The position numbers were made by a program, and so were the translations under genes. The notes beneath the pieces were generated by a model that saw nothing but the letters and a program-made list of their open reading frames with translations, was not told where the DNA came from and did not search any database. DNA of 40,029 bases from Octopus bimaculoides (lineage: Eukaryota), in assembly GCF_001194135.2 (NCBI RefSeq), contig NC_068984.1, positions 16,317,003 through 16,357,031 on the forward strand, written 5' to 3'. This document shows, piece after piece, positions 32,546 to 40,029 of this stretch (positions within the stretch are counted from its first letter, which is position 1; each line of letters opens with the position of its first letter).

Positions 32546-33089
32546 TCATTTCATATTTCCTTCCATATGTATTTTAATTTTCAAAATCCATAAACTACGA
32601 GGGAGAGCTTTTATAGGGCTTAGAAAAACTGAAGGACTGCTGCAATAAGTGCATGAATCTAAGAGGGGGATATGCTGAATAGAATTATAATTAAACGATC
32701 TTCCTGTTTTCTTTTAACAAACCTATCAGCACCACCTCGTATAATTGACATTTCAGTTATACTGTTGTTTACCCCTAAGTCAGCCTTGCACGAGCAGACC
32801 TAGGATTTCACGATGTTCCTCGTGTTTCTCACTGGCATTGCATATGTCATGTACTACATTATCTAATGTAACTCTTCCGTTTGAAGGTCGTAGGTTATTA
32901 TTTGAAGAAAATATCGGCAGCTGTTTTTCGTAGCTCGAGAGACGTGATTCAGATTACTGTGTTGCTGTAACATATATCGGTATGTATGATGTATACTCAG
33001 AGAACTGATAATGATATTTGTACTTATACATTGGTTGAAAATCCCTTTACTTCATAGTTCTATATTAACTAAAACATTTTGTTCAAGAT

Positions 33090-33260
33090 ATCCAGAATCT
33101 TGACCAGCTTATATCGATTATATCATTAGTTCTTTCAGCCTATGCTTATACGTTGCCATAAATGCAGATTTATATTCTTCAAATGACATTCCAATGTAAG
33201 TAGATTCCTCAGTGTTGCCGTTTTATTGTTGCTTTTTGTACGTTTAATTCTTGTAATATA
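33090..33260 (-). mobile_element. Possible decayed GIY-YIG (Penelope-like) remnant
   Basis: NVQKATIK (frameshift) GNTEESTYIGMS resembles VY.AT.......TYIG. Confidence 0.35.
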
Positions 33261-33974
33261 ATCCTTCAAGTTGTCAAAAATAAAAGATATAAAATGTTTT
33301 TAGATCAATAGATCGAGTTTTAAAACCAGCTTTTTTTTTATTACCGTCGCCCAAATTTGACAGGATAACTGGTCAGTCTTTGTTTATATCATGATACTGT
33401 TTCATTTAAGGGTTTTTTATGCATTTTTTTCTTTTAGATAAACATTACTTGTTCATTCAGTCCTTCAGTACAAATCTTACGTGGAATTGAAAAAAAACCC
33501 AACTTTTTGATGTTCATCTAAGCGACATTTAAAATGTTAAGTGCATTATCATCAACTAATTCTGTAAAATAGATGGTGTGACATACTGCTAGATTTAATG
33601 TTCCTATATCATGTGTCTACTTTGGAGTTTTTACTGAAATAAAATCGTGTTCTTGTTCACTTCGTTTAGTTTTCGTACTAAATCGTTCGTGAAGCGTCAG
33701 TCTGATTTTCCAGATATTGTAGGTTATTATTTTAGTATTTACTTTTATATTCGTTCAAACAATTGCTGTTCGAATAAATTTCATAGTTTAATGACGAAAA
33801 ATGAAATTAAATATACGATAAATCCATTTACTTTACTATGTATATGGTAAAGTAATCAACCGGAGTCTTTGAGGGCGATGGGTTTGAGTCCCATGGCTGG
33901 TTTGTTGACAAATATTTTCGCCAAATATTTGTTGACAAATATTTTCGCCAAATATTTCAACAAATATTTTTACC

Positions 33975-34158
33975 CAGTATTTCTGCTTGTCCAGCGGCAA
34001 CTCTGCGTTCGAAAAACTATCATCTTCTAGCAGACAGATGGAAGTTCATTGTAGAAAATGAAGGAGAGTATATTTTTGATTAAAAAAGAACTTTTTTAAT
34101 CTTAATTTTGAAAAACAAAAGCAGCATAAAATACCCCGCATTATTAATGGGATGACCC

Positions 34159-34160
<2 letters not shown>
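33975..34160 (+). mobile_element. 3' end of a mariner element
   Basis: Encodes DRWKFIVENEGEYIFD* and ends in the TIR ...CCCGCATTATTAATGGGATGACCCTA. Confidence 0.8.

Positions 34161-34214
<54 letters not shown>
34161..34214. repeat. (TA)n spacer between two mariner 3' ends
   Basis: Direct inspection. Confidence 0.95.
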
Positions 34215-34216
<2 letters not shown>

Positions 34217-34220
<4 letters not shown>

Positions 34221-35481
34221 CATCCCATTAATAACGCGGGGTTTTTTATGCTGCTTTTGTTTTTCAAAATTAAGATAAAAAAGTTCTTTTTTAATCTAAA
34301 ATATACTCTCCTTAATTTTCTACAATGCTCTTCCTTCCATCTATCCGGTAGACTTGCAAGGTCTCTCTCTTCCATAATTCACTTGTCTGTGACGAAAAAT
34401 ACTCCTCCAGTACTGTTCTGACCTCGTCTACAGGATTCATTTTTTTTCCGTCCAAATGATTTTGAAGACTGCGGAACAAATGATAATCAGATGGGGCAAT
34501 GTCCAGCCTACTCCAGCCTCTGGAATGTCAACCTCGCTGTATGTAACCGAACATTATCCTGATGGAAGAACACCTTTCGTCTTGAAACCAAAAATGGTCG
34601 GTTTTTTCTAGCGCTGACTGAGACCTCTCAAGCTGCTTGTAGTAGATCTCCTTTGTTATCGTTTGATTTGGATTTAAAGGTTCAAAATGGACTATACCTT
34701 TCATATCCCACCAAACAGATAACGACACCTTACGTGGGTGAAGACCTTCTTTAACCTGGGGTACCGGTGTTTCTCTTTTCCCTACCCACTGTCTTCGACA
34801 CTTGACATTTTTATAGAGAACCCCTTTTTCATTACCAGTCACTGTTCGGTCCAAAAAAAAAAAAAAGGTTCATTCGTGAGACGTGACAGCAAAGAAGAGC
34901 ACACATTCACTCTCTGTGTGCGATTAGACTTGGAAAGTTTGTGATGAACCCATTGATCCAATTTGCTGACTTTTCCGATGGCACGCAGGTGTCGATGACT
35001 GGTTGAATGACCAAATCGAAGCTTCTCTGCTAGTTCCTCAATAGTTACTATGGGATTATGTTTCACCAGGGTTTGCAGGACGTCCTCGTCAAGCTCTACA
35101 GATCTTCCAGGATGAAGCTCATCTTCTAAGCTGTAGTTTCCGGCTCGGAATTTCTGGTACCACCGTTGACACTGGCTTACGTTTATTGTCCGATCCCCAT
35201 ATACTGCACTTATACTCCTCGCACCTTTTGTTGCGTTGTTGCCTGTATTGAACTCATAAAGCAAAATATGCTGAATATGCTCCTTTGTCACTTTCATTAC
35301 AGCTTTGAAAACATAACTGTTGAAATCGAACTGCACTCTTCAAAACTTGCACTACGAATAAAGACAAGGTAAAATTACTAACTGCTTTTATAGTAATTTA
35401 TGCAGGTAGTTTATCCCGTCCCCACCCCCGACATTTAGTTCATGCAATTGAAAAAACCGCATTACTTATGGTAGGACCCAA
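34217..35481 (-). mobile_element. Near full-length mariner transposon with frameshifted transposase pseudogene
   Basis: About 1.27 kb with degenerate TIRs and TA flanks. KEHIQHILLYEF...GRSVELDED...IGKVSKLDQWV (34839-35336), TGNEKGVLYKN...VWWDMKGIVHFEPL (34528-34854), DIAPSDYHLFRSLQNHL. Confidence 0.92.
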
Positions 35482-35504
35482 TACACACACACACACACAC
35501 ATAC

Positions 35505-35690
35505 ACACACATTTATATATAAATAGATACAAGCTTCTTTCAGTTTTCATGTACCAACTCCATTCGCAAGACTTTAGTTAGCTTGAGACTACAGACGAAG
35601 ACATTTGTCTAAAATGTCATGGAGCGGAACTGAACCCGGAACCATGTGGTTAGGAAGCAAACTTCTCACCACATAGCCACGCCTGTACCT
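35505..35690 (-). mobile_element. SINE family B, 5' half
   Basis: TGAACCCGGAACCATGTGGTT...ACCACATAGCCACGCCTG. Confidence 0.75.
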
Positions 35691-35929
35691 CTTCACACAG
35701 TCACATCCCAGCAGATCCACACTCAAATATGCTAATCGCTGTTGTGTTCGTCACAGGAGAACCCTTCTCCTTTATGGTCTGCTGACTTGTAAAACTTAGC
35801 AACCAACCAACATTTATTGATATAATCCGAGGTATCCAACCCCTAAAAAGACAGGTAGGTCATAGTTGCAATGCCTTTGTTCATAGATTCGCTTCGACCA
35901 GGACTAACCTGGTGCTAAACAACAACAGT

Positions 35930-36125
35930 ATAAGTAATTCTTGCTATGTTGCTGCAACCACCACTGGTGCTGTTGCATCTGCTGCTGCTGTCGCTGCTTC
36001 TGCTGCTGCTGCTGTCACCGCCACTCTTGCTACTGTTGCTACTGCTGCTGTAATTGCTCATGATGCTGCTGCAATTGCTTCTGGTGCTGCTAATAATAAC
36101 AATATTTCTACTGTTGCTACAACAT
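35930..36125. repeat. (GCT)n-rich degenerate trinucleotide tract
   Basis: Explains the poly-Ala and poly-Ser ORFs 35912-36343. Confidence 0.85.
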
Positions 36126-36579
36126 GTCGAGGAACAAGAGAACAAATGCATGCTTTCAAAGTAATTATTCAACGTTTTATTATTATGGTAATTAATAAAA
36201 ACTGTGGGTATATGGTTGCGTGGGTGTGAGTTAAGGTGTGGACTTGAAATATTCGGTCTGTAAATGTCTGAAATATCAATGTACAAAATGTCATTGGTAT
36301 TTTCGGAAATATCAATGTACAAAATGCCATCGTTAATAATCAACTTTGAAAGGATACGTCACCAGCTAAACGGTAATGACATTGCTGTTATTATTTCCTT
36401 GATAAAATATAATGGTAGAGGTTCAACCAGAAAGCCTCTATGTTGTTGCATGACATGTTAAAAACAAGAACCAAATTACGTTGCTGTTGTTACTTTATTG
36501 ATAAATTATAATGCCAATAATGTTGTCACTGCTTAACATGTGAAGAAACACCAGCCAAATCGCCCGTATAAAATATGAA

Positions 36580-37715
36580 AAGAAAAGGCGTTTTTATTCT
36601 GTTGTCAAAACATTTAGACTGAACTAAGGGTTTTTGACACACGGAATCCGAAAATTACATCCATTTATTACCATCACATTAAGATATTAAGATACTGGAT
36701 CCATAGACCGTTGTTTTTCTTCAATAAGAAGCTTATGATGAACAAGGTATAACATACAAACATTAGAAATTGTTTTTCCTTTTTTGAAAACCAAAATGCT
36801 TTCTTGAAGTTCGACGGAAAATCTGGTAGAAATCTTAAAATTTTTACATACAAATTATATCATTGTTTATACCTAATTTTCCATGAATTCGTGTTTGAAT
36901 GATTTTCTTGCGAGCTGAACCTCAGGAATATCACTAGCCAAGTTCCAACAATAGTCCACTGTCATATGCAAGTCCTATCTGCCTTTATATCTTTGTTCCA
37001 TTAATTTGATGTCGTGGTTGGAAGCGTTCTTCTCGCTCGTTACTTATGTCACCGAGGTTTTCAGGGAATTTATCAAGGTGACTGTGGAGATAGTGCACCT
37101 TTATGATCATATTTGTTCCCAACTTTTGAAAGTTCTCCAGCATGTTGTCGACTATTTCGGCATTGTTGGTTGTTTTCTTGTTGACCAGAAAGTCATTTAC
37201 AACTATTACAAATGAATTCCATGCTACTGTTTCAATGAAATTTAATGAAATTACAAAATTCCCATCTGTCATCAAATTTCTGATTTGAGGCCTATCAAAT
37301 ACTCCGGCTTTTATCTTTTCAAAGTGCTGCAGATATAGTGAAAGCATGATCTGTCTTTATCCACAGCTTTAACTCTTTCATGATACCAAGTTTGATATGG
37401 AGTGGAAGTTGAATGATTTTCCCCAGTTGAACGAAAGGCTTTTCGACCACATTAAAAGGCCTTTGAACTAATGTTTTCTGTGGCCATTCTTTGATCAGGC
37501 ACTATTTTCCCCTGGATCAGCTGTACTACACATAATTTCGTACACACTTTCATGGGTAAACAAAGCATTTTTCAGAAAAATGTGAGGTTTGGGTATCTTG
37601 CATTCTAGATATGATGATAAGAGATGGATTCCATTTTTCATTTAGTATATCAAAGAAACCCTCAAATCAGATAAAAACATCCTGGCAACAAAATACCTTT
37701 TGGGTTGAGTAATTA
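36580..37715 (-). mobile_element. Chapaev3-like (CMC superfamily) DNA transposon, internally deleted
   Basis: KEWP...IIQLPLHIKLGIMK, KIKAGVFDRPQIRNL and KVHYLHSHLDKFPENLGDISNEREERFQ. Degenerate ~100-bp inverted termini at ~36595-36690 and ~37605-37700. The family name is from motif recall. Confidence 0.7.
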
Positions 37716-37829
37716 AAAAACACATTAGACAACGTAAGTCTAGACATTGCTGAAAATAGCGCGTCGGTCACGGTTGGAATGGCTTCGACCATAGGCCTAC
37801 TCGATTAGAAAAAGAAAAATCGACATCAG

Positions 37830-37960
37830 TGGTGGGCTGGTACTCTATTAATCGACCCCGAAAGAATGAATACTAAATTGACTTCGGTGGAATTTGAACT
37901 TAGAGCGCAGAGTGGATCGGAGCAATCCGACGCTCTAAACCCTCAGCTTATTTACCGCCT
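37830..37960 (-). mobile_element. SINE family A, degenerate partial
   Basis: ATCGACCCCGAAAGAATGAA...CGGTGGAATTTGAACTTAGAGC. Confidence 0.7.
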
Positions 37961-38019
37961 TATTCTAATTAATATCAAGGATTGTTTATTTACAAAATAA
38001 TTGCGCCTTTAATGATTTT

Positions 38020-38160
38020 AGTCGAACAAATCGATCCCAGTGCATGTTTTTAAGTCTAGGATTTATTCTACTGGGGTTTCTTTTTGCCGTACCGATAAGT
38101 TACGGGGACGTAAACAAACCAACAACGGTTGTGAGGTGGTGAGCAGGGGAACAAACGCCA
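38020..38160 (-). mobile_element. SINE family B, 3' half
   Basis: GTCGAACAAATCGATCCCAG...AAGTTACGGGGACGTAAAC. Confidence 0.75.
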
Positions 38161-38172
38161 ACGTAAAGATAT

Positions 38173-38216
<44 letters not shown>

Positions 38217-38548
38217 NNNNNNNNNNNNNNNNNNNNNNNNNNNNNNNNNNNNNNNNNNNNNNNNNNNNNNNNNNNNNNNNNNNNNNNNNNNNNNNNNNNN
38301 NNNNNNNNNNNNNNNNNNNNNNNNNNNNNNNNNNNNNNNNNNNNNNNNNNNNNNNNNNNNNNNNNNNNNNNNNNNNNNNNNNNNNNNNNNNNNNNNNNNN
38401 NNNNNNNNNNNNNNNNNNNNNNNNNNNNNNNNNNNNNNNNNNNNNNNNNNNNNNNNNNNNNNNNNNNNNNNNNNNNNNNNNNNNNNNNNNNNNNNNNNNN
38501 NNNNNNNNNNNNNNNNNNNNNNNNNNNNNNNNNNNNNNNNNNNNNNNN
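38217..38548. other. Assembly gap (N run) between (CA)n and (TA)n
   Basis: N run. Confidence 0.99.
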
Positions 38549-38626
38549 ATATATATATATATATATACATGTGACCACGTGTGTATCGTTGGCGATTTTC
38601 TTTCTCTGTCTTTGGACTTTCTCTAT

Positions 38627-38661
38627 ATTTCTGATGAAGAGCTCCGCTCGAAACGTGAAAT
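38627..38661 (+). ncRNA. Minimal type-I hammerhead ribozyme motif (probably inactive, G at position 17)
   Basis: ATTT-CTGATGA-A-GAGC-TCC-GCTC-GAAA-CG-T-G-AAAT: stem I AUUU/AAAU, intact CUGAUGA and GAAA cores, stem II GAGC/GCUC, palindromic ACGU stem III. Confidence 0.75.
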
Positions 38662-39149
38662 CCTCTTCCTTTCTTTCCTTTCCTGAGCGTCCAGTAACAC
38701 AGTACTTGTACCACGTCCTCGCGTTGTTGTTTTTTTCTTTCCTGTTCTTGTTTGGATTGACTATATATAAATAAATATATATATATATGTATATGTATGT
38801 ATATATATATAACGTTTTCAGGGATGGTGACGTCTACAATACGTACACACACACACATATTACTATATATGTATTACACGCATGCTATTTAGACTGGTCT
38901 CGTCTAACGATCTATAAAATGACATTACGTCAACAACAGAACAGAGTGTTTCTATCGCCAGTAAGTTCTATGTTATTTATGAGACGGAAAACTGAGTACA
39001 ATTGAATAAAAGAATACAACGGCTAGCTCTTAGTTTTTGAATCACACCCCAAAAAAAAACAAAAACTCAAGCTAAATAGGATAGTGTTACTATCTACACT
39101 ATTTAAACGCTCCAATATAGGCCTCACTCTAAAAATGTACATCTGGTTA

Positions 39150-39500
39150 TAAACAGATCGATAAAGTTATGACCTTGATCAAGATAAACCTGTTTCAAGA
39201 AACTGACTGGAATTGGTTAGGTTTTTACCTCAAAGAACTGCCAACAAATAATATTCATAAACTGGACTTGATTTATCGATGAATCCAAATCAAATGGGGG
39301 ACTAGAATCGATATCATGAAATATCTAGGAAATTTCTCTACAAATAATGCTTCGTATTAATGACGGATAGCTTTGTCATGTCACTCATGTTGGAAGCAAG
39401 TAAAAGATGCTTATCTTTTTGTAGAAATCTACAGTGATAAATTTCAAAGTTAAAGGATTAAAGCTCAACAAGATTTGATAATGCTCTCCCTAGGCACTAT
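39150..39500 (+). mobile_element. Possible decayed LINE RT C-terminal fragment
   Basis: One frame, with many stops, contains IMKYLGNFS followed by RIA...AY, reminiscent of FKYLG...RI....AY. Confidence 0.3.
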
Positions 39501-39747
39501 AGAAGACTATATTTGAATAACATTCAGTTTATCATTCATTTGAAAGGAAACGAGGCAAATTTAATAGCTGTTCGATTAAACGGCAGGGATTGAAAATAAA
39601 TAAATAAATGAATAAATAAATGAAATGTGATGGTGGAGACGATGGAAATGTAACCGACTGAAGCACTTTTTTTTTGCAGTTTATTAAAAATATAAACGAA
39701 CATGTGCACACAGACATGTATGTATGTATGTATGTATGTATGTATGC

Positions 39748-39958
39748 ATTCTTTTACTTCTTTCAGTCATTTGACTCTGGCCATGCTGGAGCACGGCCTT
39801 AAAGGGTTTTAGTCGAAGAAATCGACCCCAGCACTTATTCTTTGTAAGCCTAGTACTTATTCTATCGGTTTTATTTTGGCGAACCGGTAGGTTACGGGGA
39901 CGTAAACACACCAGTATCGGTTGTCAAGCAATGGTGGGAGGACAAACACACACACAAA
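39748..39958 (-). mobile_element. SINE family B, 3' half
   Basis: TTTCAGTCATTTGACT...CATGCTGGAGCAC...GTTACGGGGACGTAAACACACCAG. Confidence 0.85.
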
Positions 39959-39989
39959 TATATATACATATATTATATATATATATATA

Positions 39990-40029
39990 CACTAGCAGTA
40001 ATACCCGTCGTTGATCGGGTAATTACTTC
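39990..40029 (+). mobile_element. Possible Helitron-type terminus
   Basis: ACTAGCAG followed by the short hairpin CCCG-TCGTTGAT-CGGG, directly after a TA-rich run. Truncated by the window end. Confidence 0.4.

Noticed and set aside
36270-36326. 21-bp exact repeat GAAATATCAATGTACAAAATG at 36-bp period
   Set aside because: Two-copy local duplication; unremarkable.
35912-36343. Poly-Ala and poly-Ser ORFs on opposite strands
   Set aside because: Degenerate (GCT)n tract with no splice or homology support.
3369-38858. Long ORF-track entries full of X, or of HT/CV/YI dipeptides
   Set aside because: They are translations of N-gaps and dinucleotide or tetranucleotide microsatellites, not genes.

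Overview
AT-rich eukaryotic non-coding DNA, probably intronic or intergenic, made up mostly of decayed transposable elements, tRNA-derived SINEs and microsatellites, with seven N-gaps next to repeats. The SINE sequences and repeat landscape look like an octopus (coleoid cephalopod) genome; this is recall and inference, not a database match. I found no host protein-coding gene, rRNA, true tRNA or CRISPR array. Most ORF-track entries are microsatellite, low-complexity or N-run artefacts. Recognisable coding remnants are: R4/Dong-like, L1/Tx1-like, RTE-like and other LINE fragments; three Penelope-type GIY-YIG remnants (one stop-free over 139 codons); five or six Tc1/mariner-type elements; and a Chapaev3-like transposase. 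The most interesting signals are: (1) a minimal type-I hammerhead ribozyme motif at 38627-38661 with a palindromic stem III and an inactivating G17; (2) a Tx1-like LINE inserted with a TSD into a SINE head, whose 3' end shares 29/30 nt with the tail of a different SINE, suggesting a LINE-SINE partnership; (3) a near-perfect 100-nt hairpin at 18534-18633; (4) a ~96% identical tail-to-tail mariner foldback around a (TA)n spacer; (5) extensive head, core and tail shuffling among SINEs. All identities were counted by eye.
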